A stretch of 64,000 nt of DNA from positions 2,893-66,892 of the forward strand of contig CAYYIW010000003.1 in the NCBI GenBank assembly GCA_964472085.1, read 5' to 3'. Both the position numbers and the translations under genes were made by a program. This stretch comes from an uncultured Rikenellaceae bacterium (GTDB lineage: Bacteria > Bacteroidota > Bacteroidia > Bacteroidales > VadinHA17). Position 1 is the stretch's first letter, and every line of letters begins with the position of its first letter. The notes beneath the pieces are model-generated. The model worked only from the letters and a program-made list of their open reading frames with translations. It ran no database searches and had not been told where the DNA came from. Positions 1 to 9,017 of this stretch are shown here, piece after piece.

Positions 1-114
<114 letters not shown>

Positions 115-131
115 CCATACAAGTTGTGCTT

Positions 132-518
132 ATGAAGACATTTAAAAAAATATTCACGATTGATGCGGAACCTTCCGATGTTTATGCTGCACTGACCAAT
201 CCATTCACGATTGAGCTGTGGTCAGGTTATACCGCCCAGATGACCGCAGAGCCGGGTACTGAGTTCTCCCTGTGGGAAGGTGATATCACCGGGAGGAATA
301 TTGAATTTATAAAGGATAGAAAAATAGTGCAGGAATGGTATTTCGGTGATCAGGAAGAACAGTCCCTGGTATCCATTACAATTGCTGCAAATGGAAGTAA
401 ATCGGAGGTCACAGTTGAACATTCCAACATTCCCGATGATGAGTTTGAGAATATAGCTGAAGGATGGCGGGAATACTATATGGGAGCCATAAACAGGTTT
501 TTCAATCCTAATTTTTGA
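132..518 (+). CDS. SRPBCC / AHSA1-like START-domain protein
   Basis: Motifs VYAALTNP, GTEFSLWEG, KIVQEW and EGWREYY match the AHSA1-like pattern. ATG at 132 preferred over GTG at 126. Confidence 0.8.
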   Translation: MKTFKKIFTIDAEPSDVYAALTNPFTIELWSGYTAQMTAEPGTEFSLWEGDITGRNIEFIKDRKIVQEWYFGDQEEQSLVSITIAANGSKSEVTVEHSNIPDDEFENIAEGWREYYMGAINRFFNPNF

Positions 519-1188
519 GGTTACCGCTGGATGAGAATTTTTCGTTGCTGCCATGACTGAAGACCGAACGCAGATCCTCGGAAACTGCCAGTATTAATGT
601 CCCTATACCCTTATAACACAGAGTCTCCGAAACATCCTGCATCTTCCTGTTCCAGTATGGAAGCCATGACAGAAGATGGTAATCTATGAACCGTACAATG
701 TCACCGCGCATCTCTTTCCTGCTTGTAGCGTCATCAAGATATGTATATTTCTCTATAAGCCAGGTGAGGAACAGCAGTTCAACTCCCAGGTGATCTTCTT
801 CAGTGATGTTTCTGAATTGATGATCCCATCCATATGATTTGTAAATATCCGAGATATCCTGGTATTTGTTGTCTCCGGCGGTGTTATTTTTACCGGAATA
901 AACAGATTCATAGACAGGTGCCAGTCCCTTTGATGCAAAAAGCCTCCTGTAGTCATCCCTGAGTAATATCCAGCATGTTTCGGTATTTTTACACGACTCC
1001 CTCAACTGGGATGCTGCCATGATGAATGTTGGATTAGAGCTTTTTATCGGAAGGTTCTTTATCATGCCATTTTCCCAGAAGTCAGAAATACATTCTTCAG
1101 AAGGCTCATACATTATCATGCTTCCTGCAAAATACAGGAGCATTGTATATGCTTTGAGAATATTATTTTCATGACTATCAGTTTCCAT
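508..1188 (-). CDS. TorD/DmsD-family redox enzyme maturation chaperone
   Basis: DYRRLF, PVYESVY, EDHLGVELLFL and HLLSWLP match TorD/DmsD family motifs. Confidence 0.8.
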   Translation of the reverse strand: METDSHENNILKAYTMLLYFAGSMIMYEPSEECISDFWENGMIKNLPIKSSNPTFIMAASQLRESCKNTETCWILLRDDYRRLFASKGLAPVYESVYSGKNNTAGDNKYQDISDIYKSYGWDHQFRNITEEDHLGVELLFLTWLIEKYTYLDDATSRKEMRGDIVRFIDYHLLSWLPYWNRKMQDVSETLCYKGIGTLILAVSEDLRSVFSHGSNEKFSSSGNLKN

Positions 1189-1322
1189 AGCTTGGATAAT
1201 TATTTAGGAATTTCGGGCTGAGAGCAATTTAGACTAACAGATTTTACAAATATATAAACCTGATAAATCCCAATTTGTTCGATGAAATAAAAGAGGAGGT
1301 TGTTTCAAAAAGAAAAATCCTT

Positions 1323-1425
1323 TAACCGCAGAGAACGGAAAGGCACAACACCAGGATCGCAAAGATTTGAATATTAATATTGTATCTTTGTGTTCTTTGC
1401 GCCTGACTGGTGGACTTAGCGGTTA
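1323..1425. repeat. ~100-bp inverted-repeat (REP/MITE-like) element, copy 1
   Basis: Terminal IR TAACCGC/GCGGTTA, internal IR CGCAAAGA/TCTTTGCG, central palindrome AATATTAATATT. Confidence 0.6.
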
Positions 1426-1469
1426 CAAGCACTTTGTAACACAGTCTTCTATAATCTGTATTTTTATGA

Positions 1470-2714
1470 TTATTTTGAGAAATCAGCCATCTTATTCGGA
1501 TAGGCATTGGTATCGAGTTTTTCCTTTATTTCCCTGAAGGCCTTAACTGTATATTCGACATCTTCAAGAGTATGGGAAGCTGTCGGTATGATTCGTAACA
1601 TTACAACATCTTTTGGTACTACAGGATAAATTACTACAGAGCAGAATATGGCATAGTTTTCACGCAGATCATATATCAGCTGGGTTACCTGGGCGAGAGG
1701 ACATTTCATAAACACCGGTGTTACAGGAGATTCTGTGTTGCCCAGATCCAGTCCTGCTTCCCTGAAACCTTTCTGGAGTGCTCTTACTATAGTCCATAAT
1801 TTTTCCCTGTATTCAGGATGTGTCTTCAGAAGCTCAAGCCTTTTAATAGCACCTATTGTCATAGCCATCGGAAGTGATTTGGCATATATCTGGGAACGAA
1901 GATTGAAACGAAGATAAGTAACAACATCTTTGGTGCTTGCCACAAATCCTCCGATACCCGCCATCGATTTGGCGAACGTGGCAAAATAGACATCTATTTT
2001 ATCCTGAACACCAAAATGTTCTCCTGTTCCGGCACCTGTTTTTCCCATGGTACCAAATCCGTGAGCATCATCCACCAGCAGCCTGAAATTATACTTATCC
2101 TTTAAAGCAGCTATCTTATCCAGTTTTCCTAGGTCCCCGGCCATACCAAAAACTCCTTCGGTGATAACAAGGATGCCTCCGCATGTTTTTTCGACAAGCT
2201 TGGTAGCTCTCTGTAATTGTTTCTCAAAGTTCTCGATATCATTATGGGGGTAGACAAATCTTTTTCCCATGTGCAAACGGAGTCCGTCCATTATACAGGC
2301 ATGCGATTCAGAGTCGTAGACAATAACATCTCGTCTGTCAACGAGTGAATCAATTATTGAAACCATACCCTGGTAACCGTAATTAAGAAGGTATGCTGCT
2401 TCTTTACCCGTAAATTCAGCTGCCATACTTTCAAATTTTTCATGCATAGAGGTCTGTCCCGATAACATCCTGGCTCCCATGGGATATGCCAGACCATACT
2501 GTGCAGTAGCATCAGCATCAGCCTGTTTTACCTCCGGGAGGTTAGCCAGTCCAAGATAATTATTAAGACTCCAGTTCAGTACTTCTTTTCCTCTGAATTT
2601 CATTCTTGGTGAGATATCTCCTTCAAGTTTCGGAAACATGAAATATCCGTCTGCCAGACCAGAATACTGACCCAATGCTCCTTTATTGGTTTTGATTTTT
2701 TCGAAAATATCCAT
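1470..2714 (-). CDS. sulA: PLP-dependent alpha-oxoamine synthase, most likely cysteate-C-fatty acyltransferase (SulA/CapB type, sulfonolipid synthesis)
   Basis: AOS motifs NYLGLA, DDAHGFG and TFAKS. Subfamily features GYFxFPKLEG, PMGARM and RSQIYAKS match the SulA/CapB sequence as I recall it. Start moved to MDIFEK (ATG 2714). Confidence 0.72.
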   Translation of the reverse strand: MDIFEKIKTNKGALGQYSGLADGYFMFPKLEGDISPRMKFRGKEVLNWSLNNYLGLANLPEVKQADADATAQYGLAYPMGARMLSGQTSMHEKFESMAAEFTGKEAAYLLNYGYQGMVSIIDSLVDRRDVIVYDSESHACIMDGLRLHMGKRFVYPHNDIENFEKQLQRATKLVEKTCGGILVITEGVFGMAGDLGKLDKIAALKDKYNFRLLVDDAHGFGTMGKTGAGTGEHFGVQDKIDVYFATFAKSMAGIGGFVASTKDVVTYLRFNLRSQIYAKSLPMAMTIGAIKRLELLKTHPEYREKLWTIVRALQKGFREAGLDLGNTESPVTPVFMKCPLAQVTQLIYDLRENYAIFCSVVIYPVVPKDVVMLRIIPTASHTLEDVEYTVKAFREIKEKLDTNAYPNKMADFSK

Positions 2715-2847
2715 AACAATGTGCCTGTTTGTTAAAATTTTCACAAATCTAGGAATAATGAGCAACTCAGTCATACCTATTTATACCTAATTTGTTGTGG
2801 GGTATTAACTGCATTTTTTAGAGGTTATCTGACAAGCATGACAACCT

Positions 2848-2948
2848 TGACCACAGAGCCCTTAAAGACATAGCGCTCAGATCGCAGGAAGCAGAAATTT
2901 AAGGTTATACCTCCGCATTCTTGGTTTTTTTTGTGTATATAACGGTTA
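2848..2948. repeat. Degenerate second copy of the ~100-bp element
   Basis: Collinear with 1323-1425: TGACCACAGAG start, GATCGCA at offset 32, TTCTT at offset 70, CGGTTA end. Confidence 0.5.
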
Positions 2949-3042
2949 ATTTGCCTTTCAAGACCACCTCATAACGGCTTCTGGTGGTCAATAATAAAAG
3001 CATAATTGTTACGTTTTTATCACTGATATTAATTTTTTTCAG

Positions 3043-3050
3043 TAATTTTG
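3043..3050 (+). promoter_or_regulatory. Bacteroidota -7 promoter element (TAnnTTTG) for the bamD operon
   Basis: TAATTTTG ends 16 nt before the bamD ATG. Confidence 0.55.
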
Positions 3051-3066
3051 CGCAACAATTTTTAGT

Positions 3067-3885
3067 ATGAGGTTCAGATTATATATAGTGCTGATAATTT
3101 CGCTGTTGGTGAGTTCGTGCGGGGAGTATTCCAAAGTTCTCAAGAGTACGGACTATGATTTGAAAAAAGCAAAAGCCAAGGAATATTTTGATGAAGGTCA
3201 GTATGTAAAGACAACGGAACTTTTGAACCAGATACTTCCTCGATTCAGGGCTACTGATGAAGCAGAGGAATTAAGCTGGATGAATGCCCAGTCATATTTT
3301 GGGATGAAGGACTATTATGTTGCCGGGAGCTATTTTAAAACCTTTGTCGATATGTATCCTTTCGGCAATCATGCAGAAGAAGCAAATTTTATGGCAGCTT
3401 ACTGTGACTACAAAATATCCCCCCGTCCGGAACTTGACCAGGAAAATACCAGGAATGCTATTGAAGGATTTACAATCTTCATGACCAAATATCCAAACAG
3501 TACAAGGATTGATGAGTGTAAGAAATATGTGGTAGAACTGCAGGATAAGCTTGTTAAAAAATCATACCTGAGTGCCAAGCTTTATTATGATATGAAACAA
3601 TATAAGGCTGCGGTTGTTGCTCTTAACAACAGTCTGAAAACCTTTGCTAATTCAAAATACAGGGAAGAAATGATGTTTCTCAAACTCAATTCACTGTTCC
3701 TGTATGCTGAGAACAGTTTTGCAAACAAACAAAGGGAACGTTACCAGGATACAATGGATGACTATTATTCATTTATGGAAGAGTTCCCTAATTCCTCTTA
3801 TGCGAAAGAGGTGAAAAATATCTACGAAAAGACAAATAAATATCTTAAACCAGGATCAGCTAATACTGAAAGCAAAGAAAAATAA
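3067..3885 (+). CDS. bamD: Outer membrane protein assembly factor BamD (lipoprotein, TPR-like)
   Basis: Lipobox-like LLVSSC, then YSKVLKS, SPRPELDQ and KYPNS; position upstream of rpoZ. Confidence 0.92.
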   Translation: MRFRLYIVLIISLLVSSCGEYSKVLKSTDYDLKKAKAKEYFDEGQYVKTTELLNQILPRFRATDEAEELSWMNAQSYFGMKDYYVAGSYFKTFVDMYPFGNHAEEANFMAAYCDYKISPRPELDQENTRNAIEGFTIFMTKYPNSTRIDECKKYVVELQDKLVKKSYLSAKLYYDMKQYKAAVVALNNSLKTFANSKYREEMMFLKLNSLFLYAENSFANKQRERYQDTMDDYYSFMEEFPNSSYAKEVKNIYEKTNKYLKPGSANTESKEK

Positions 3886-3895
3886 TCAATATAAT

Positions 3896-4234
3896 ATGGA
3901 TTACAGAAAATCAAATGCACCGGTAACAACAGTTACACGCAACCTGGATCTGATGACAAGGGGAACCGGGAACATCTATGAAACAGTGATCATTGTGTCC
4001 AGGAGGGCAAACCAGATTGCAGTTGAAATGAAACAGGAGCTTAATAAGAAGCTTGAGGAATTCGCTTCATACAGTGATAACCTGGAGGAAGTATTCGAAA
4101 ACAGGGAGCAGATCGAGATTTCAAAATTCTATGAAAGACTTCCAAAACCTACACTTATAGCACTACAGGAACTTGAAGAGAATAAGATCTTTTTCAGAAA
4201 CCCGGAATTGAATCCCAAGCAGAGGGAAAAATAA
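3896..4234 (+). CDS. rpoZ: RNA polymerase subunit omega (Bacteroidota type)
   Basis: TGNIYE, RRANQI, VFENREQIEISKFYERLPKPT. Confidence 0.93.
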   Translation: MDYRKSNAPVTTVTRNLDLMTRGTGNIYETVIIVSRRANQIAVEMKQELNKKLEEFASYSDNLEEVFENREQIEISKFYERLPKPTLIALQELEENKIFFRNPELNPKQREK

Positions 4235-4240
4235 TATATA

Positions 4241-5448
4241 ATGCTGGAAGGCAAACATATACTTATCGGTATAACCGGAGGTATTGCAGCATATAAAACT
4301 GCAACTATCATCCGGTTGCTTGTTAAGGAAGGCGCCGAGGTAAAGGTGATTATGACAGATCATGCAAAGGAGTTCATTACTCCTCTTACCCTGGCCACAC
4401 TTTCAGGAAATCAGGTACTTAATGAATCCTTTAACCCGGAAAGCGGTCAGTGGAACAGTCATGTTGACCTGGGTTTATGGGCCGATCTGTATCTTATTGC
4501 ACCGGCAACTGCCAACTCGATTGCAAAAATGGCTAACGGGATAGCCGATAACCTTATGCTGACTGCGTACCTTTCTGCCCGTTGTCCTGTTATGATAGCC
4601 CCTTCCATGGACGTGGATATGCTTGGACATCCCTCAACCATCGTAAATCTTGAGACACTGAAGGCATTCGGAAATATTGTTATTGACCCTGCAACCGGCG
4701 AACTCGCAAGCGGACTTACCGGAAAGGGACGAATGGCAGAACCTCAGGAGATTGTGGAAGTGATAAAAGATATGTTCACGAAAAAAAAAACAATAAGCCT
4801 CTGAATGGCAAAAAGATCCTTGTTAACGCAGGACCTACACGGGAACCAATCGATCCGGTACGCTTTATAAGCAACTTTTCATCAGGGAAAATGGGAATAG
4901 CACTGGCTGATGCAGCAGCAGGGTATGGTGCTGAAGTTATCCTTGTACTGGGACCCACAGATATTTCACCTGTTTCGAAGAAGGTTAGGGTCATAAATGT
5001 GACAACGGCTGAATCTATGGCAAAGGAGTGTATTGAATTGTTCCCTGATTGTGACATTGCAATCCTGTCCGCTGCTGTTGCCGATTTTACACCCTCAGAA
5101 GTTCATGATGCAAAAATCAAAAAGAAAGGCAACGAGTTACTTGTCAGGCTCAGGCCGACTACTGACATCGCAAAGGCACTCGGGCAATTGAAGAGGCAGG
5201 ACCAGCTAATTGCCGGATTTGCCCTTGAGACTGATAATGAACTGGAAAATGCATCAGGAAAGCTGAAGAGGAAAAGCCTCGATTTGATTGTCCTTAATTC
5301 GCTTAAAGAAAAAGGTGCCGGATTCGGACACGATACAAACAAGATCACAATAATTGACCGTAACAATATTATTGATAAATTTGAGTTGAAATCTAAAGAA
5401 GAAGCTGCAAGAGATATTCTTGACAAGATAATTTCAATGCTAAAATAG
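4241..5448 (+). CDS. coaBC: Bifunctional CoaBC, split into two frames at an A10 run (4781-4790)
   Basis: 4241-4804 encodes the CoaC flavoprotein (ITGGIAAYK, APATAN, APSMD, GELASGLTGKGRM). The -1 frame from 4789 encodes GKKILVNAGPTREPIDPVRFISNFSSGKMG through GFALET to the stop at 5448 (CoaB). Confidence 0.9.
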
Positions 5449-5457
5449 GCCGTGAGA

Positions 5458-6390
5458 ATGAGGTTATTCCGTAGTTCAAAATATTACATGCTGATCTTAC
5501 TGGTTTTTGTGTCCCTGGCGTCGGCCGCACAGGAGATGAACTGTAATGTGCAGATATCAGCACAGAGAATTCAGGGATCAAACCGTGAGGTCTTTCAGTC
5601 GATGCAACGTGATATTTATGAATTCATGAATAACACGGTTTGGACAAATTATGTCTACAGCTATGCTGAGAGGATAGACTGTAACATCCTTATAAACCTG
5701 ACGGACCAGATGTCGGCTGATGAGTTTAAAGGAACGATACAAATACAGCTTAGCCGGCCTGTATATAATACAACATATAATTCCACGCTTCTAAATTTCA
5801 TTGATAATAACTTCCAGTTCAGGTACGTGGAGTTCCAGCCCCTTGAATTTGATCCTACCACACACAGGTCAAACCTGGTATCGGTCCTGGCTTATTATGC
5901 TTACATAATAATAGGCTTTGATGCCGATTCATTTGCTCCCCTGGGAGGAACTGAGGCCTTTCAGATGGCTGAGAAGATTGTTGCAAATGCACAGAATGCA
6001 CCTGAAGCGGGCTGGAAGGCTTATGACGGTTCCAGGAACAGGAACCGCTACTGGCTGGTAAAGAACCTGCTTGATAAGGAATATGAGGGCGTAAGAAAGT
6101 TCATTTATGAATATTATATCAACGGGATGGATCTGATGGAATCGAAAAATTCAGAGGCAAGGGTCAATATTGTTGAAAGCCTTAAACTGGTACAGGATGT
6201 TTATCGCAGAAAGCCGGATCCGTTTATGTATCTTCTTCAGGTGGTGATGGATGCCAAATCAAATGAGATAATTAACATCTTCTCAGAGGCATTCCCGGAG
6301 GAAAAGAGTCGTGTCGTTCAGATAATGACCGAGATCGATCCTGCCAATAAAGCCAAGTACGAGCAGATAAATTCCACTGAAGCACCTTAA
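5458..6390 (+). CDS. DUF4835 family secreted protein
   Basis: Signal peptide, then QEMNCNVQI, FQFRYVEFQPL and AYYAYIIIGFD; conserved position between coaBC and recN. Confidence 0.8.
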   Translation: MRLFRSSKYYMLILLVFVSLASAAQEMNCNVQISAQRIQGSNREVFQSMQRDIYEFMNNTVWTNYVYSYAERIDCNILINLTDQMSADEFKGTIQIQLSRPVYNTTYNSTLLNFIDNNFQFRYVEFQPLEFDPTTHRSNLVSVLAYYAYIIIGFDADSFAPLGGTEAFQMAEKIVANAQNAPEAGWKAYDGSRNRNRYWLVKNLLDKEYEGVRKFIYEYYINGMDLMESKNSEARVNIVESLKLVQDVYRRKPDPFMYLLQVVMDAKSNEIINIFSEAFPEEKSRVVQIMTEIDPANKAKYEQINSTEAP

Positions 6391-6399
6391 CAACTGATT

Positions 6400-8064
6400 A
6401 TGCTGTTAAAACTTTTTGTTCAAAATTACGCCCTGATCAGGGAACTGGACGTTGAACTGGAAAAAGGACTTACCATTGTTACCGGGGAAACAGGTGCCGG
6501 AAAGTCAATCCTTCTCGGTGCCCTGTCACTTATCCTCGGAACCAGGGCTGACACTTCGGTGCTTCTTGACAAAAGTGAAAAATGTATAGTGGAAGGCACT
6601 TTCAGGATTGATGATTATGACCTGGATGATTTCTTTTCTGCCAATGAACTGGATTACGAGCCTGTAACAACAATGAGAAGAGAGATAGCCCAGACAGGCA
6701 AATCAAGAGCTTTTATCAACGATACACCGGTAACTGTTAACCAGATGAGGGAGCTGGGGGATAAACTGATAGATATTCATTCGCAGCATCAGACCCTGAT
6801 GCTAAATGATAATTCTTTCCAGCTTAATGTTATTGATTCTTTTGCCGGAACATCAAAACTCGGAAATTCCTATCAATCGGCATACCATAACTGGCGGAGG
6901 TTGAAAAAAGAGTATGAAACACTGAAGGAAAAAGCAGATAAGAACAAGGCCGACCTTGAATATTACCAGTATCAGCTGACCCAGCTTGATAATGCCAGTC
7001 TTACTGAAGGAGAACAGGAGGACCTTGAATCCGAACAGGAACGGCTTGAACATTCGGAAGAGATAAAACTTGCTCTGACCGGCTCTTCATCACTCTTCTA
7101 TAATGATGAGTTTTCGATACTGTCTATGCTCAGGGAAGTGAAGAATCATCTGTCAAAGATTGAGCCCTTTCTTCCCGAAGGAGGTAGCCTCCTGTCCCGT
7201 ACCGGATCAGTTCTTATCGAACTGGACGATATTGCAACAGAAATTGAACGTCTTTCTGCATCAGTGGAAGCTGATCCTCAGAGGCTCAGTTTTATTAATG
7301 ACAGGCTTGACACATTATATTCTCTCATACAGAAACACAGGGTTAATAACCTTTATGAGCTTATCGCCCGGAAAGATGAAATAAAGGAAATGATCAGGTC
7401 TGTTGAATCAGGAGGTGAAAGGCTGGAGCTGCTTGAAAAACTGATAACCGAAGAAGTAGGCAGGCTGGGGTTTCTTTCAACAGAGATATCGAAAATGAGA
7501 AATGCTGTGATTCCGCAGATTGAATCCAGGATCACCGGCCTTTTAAAACAGCTGGGTATGCCAAATGCAAGATTCAGAATATCTCTCAGGAAGCTGGATC
7601 AGTTTACGGCAAGAGGTGTCGACCAGGCAGATTTCCTGTTTTCGGCTAACAAACAGGTTGCGCCTGAGAATCTTGCCAGGATAGCTTCGGGTGGTGAATT
7701 ATCCAGGGTAATGCTGAGCCTCAAATCGCTGCTGACAATGAATAATAACCTGCCAACAATAATTTTTGATGAGATTGACTCAGGAGTGTCCGGTGAGGTA
7801 GCTGATAAAGTTGGTCAGATACTCTCCTCTATGGGAAATTACATGCAGGTAATCAACATAACCCACCTGCCGCAGGTGGCTTCACGCGGGACAAAACACT
7901 ATCATGTTTATAAAGATGACACAGAAGATTCAACAATTACCCGGGTTAAATTGTTATCCCCTGATGAACGTATCCTGGAAGTAGCCAGGTTGCTTAGTGG
8001 CAGTGAGATCACCGAAGCAGCACTCAGTAATGCACGTGAACTGTTACAGGCTGCCATAAACTAA
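6400..8064 (+). CDS. recN: DNA repair protein RecN
   Basis: TGETGAGKS Walker A, ASGGELSR, IFDEID, ITHLPQVA. Confidence 0.97.
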   Translation: MLLKLFVQNYALIRELDVELEKGLTIVTGETGAGKSILLGALSLILGTRADTSVLLDKSEKCIVEGTFRIDDYDLDDFFSANELDYEPVTTMRREIAQTGKSRAFINDTPVTVNQMRELGDKLIDIHSQHQTLMLNDNSFQLNVIDSFAGTSKLGNSYQSAYHNWRRLKKEYETLKEKADKNKADLEYYQYQLTQLDNASLTEGEQEDLESEQERLEHSEEIKLALTGSSSLFYNDEFSILSMLREVKNHLSKIEPFLPEGGSLLSRTGSVLIELDDIATEIERLSASVEADPQRLSFINDRLDTLYSLIQKHRVNNLYELIARKDEIKEMIRSVESGGERLELLEKLITEEVGRLGFLSTEISKMRNAVIPQIESRITGLLKQLGMPNARFRISLRKLDQFTARGVDQADFLFSANKQVAPENLARIASGGELSRVMLSLKSLLTMNNNLPTIIFDEIDSGVSGEVADKVGQILSSMGNYMQVINITHLPQVASRGTKHYHVYKDDTEDSTITRVKLLSPDERILEVARLLSGSEITEAALSNARELLQAAIN

Positions 8065-8085
8065 TTATTAATTTATTTTTTTCTA

Positions 8086-8916
8086 ATGAGAGAAGGACTA
8101 TTAAAAGGGAAAAAAGGTATCATTTTTGGTGCCCTCAATGAAAAGTCGATAGCCTGGCAGGTTGCCCTGAAGGCATGGGAGAATGGGGCGGAACTTGTTC
8201 TGACCAATGCTCCTGTTGCTCTCAGACTGGGTAATATAAGTGATCTTGCTGAGACGACCGGTAGTAAGGTCATACCTGCCGATGCTACGAAGATGGATGA
8301 TATTGAAAACCTGATCAGTGAAACAATGAAACTGTTCGGTGGCAAATTCGACTTCATCCTTCACTCGATAGGTATGTCGCCTAACGTCAGGAAGGATATT
8401 CCTTATGAACAGACAAGCTATGAGAATATGCTCAAAACATTTGATATTTCAGCTCTCAGCTTTCACCGTGTGCTTCAGACAGCTTACAAGCTGGATGCAC
8501 TTAAGGAATGGGGGTCAGTTGTGGCATTATCCTATGTGGCGGCCCAGAGAACTCTTGTCGGTTATAATGATATGGGAGATGCCAAAGCCCTTCTGGAGTC
8601 TATTGCCCGTAGTTTCGGCTATATTTATGGCCGAGACAGAAAAGTGAGGATAAACACAGTATCTCAGTCACCAACAGCTACCACAGCCGGTAGCGGGATC
8701 CACGGTTTTGATTCACTTGTCGATTTCTCCGAGAGAATGTCTCCCCTGGGAAATGCAACAGCCGAAGAATGTGCTGAATACTGTGTTGCATTATTCTCCG
8801 ACCTTACAAGGAAAGTCACCATGCAGAACCTTTTTCACGACGGAGGTTTCTCAAGCATGGGAATGAGCCTGAAAGCTATTGAACAGTACCAAAAGAGCTT
8901 TGAAGAATGTGACTGA
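8086..8916 (+). CDS. fabI: Enoyl-ACP reductase FabI
   Basis: GALNEKSIAW, HSIGMS, YNDMGDAKA, RVNT-like VRINTVSQSP, HDGGFS. Confidence 0.92.
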   Translation: MREGLLKGKKGIIFGALNEKSIAWQVALKAWENGAELVLTNAPVALRLGNISDLAETTGSKVIPADATKMDDIENLISETMKLFGGKFDFILHSIGMSPNVRKDIPYEQTSYENMLKTFDISALSFHRVLQTAYKLDALKEWGSVVALSYVAAQRTLVGYNDMGDAKALLESIARSFGYIYGRDRKVRINTVSQSPTATTAGSGIHGFDSLVDFSERMSPLGNATAEECAEYCVALFSDLTRKVTMQNLFHDGGFSSMGMSLKAIEQYQKSFEECD

Positions 8917-8960
8917 TACACGGATTTTAAATTGACTAAGTATAAAAGCTTATTTTTCAG

Positions 8961-8989
8961 GCGGCTTATCACTAGATGAGCCGCTTTTT
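8961..8989 (+). terminator. Intrinsic terminator after the bamD-fabI operon
   Basis: Stem GCGGCTTATC / GATGAGCCGC (one G-U pair), 4-nt loop ACTA, followed by TTTTT. Confidence 0.75.
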
Positions 8990-8990
8990 C

Positions 8991-8998
8991 TATATTTG
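8991..8998 (+). promoter_or_regulatory. -7 promoter element for the DUF819 gene
   Basis: TATATTTG directly after the terminator and 19 nt before ATG 9018. Confidence 0.45.
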
Positions 8999-9017
8999 GT
9001 TACCTAAATCTCCATCC

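Noticed and set aside
1470-2714. Calling the PLP enzyme BioF, Kbl or serine palmitoyltransferase
   Set aside because: It has RSQIYAKS and GYFxFPKLEG rather than the SPT-type YIFSAS; no bio or tdh genes are adjacent.
4891-5448. Treating the 185-aa ORF as a stand-alone coaB gene
   Set aside because: Its ATG lies downstream of the conserved AGPTREPIDPVRF motif, so the product would lack part of the domain.
8976-9017. Predicted N-terminal extensions of several ORFs (also 15724, 17926, 24560, 33770, 41961, 58742, 63778)
   Set aside because: They overlap terminators, promoter motifs or the upstream gene; downstream ATGs match the family N-termini.
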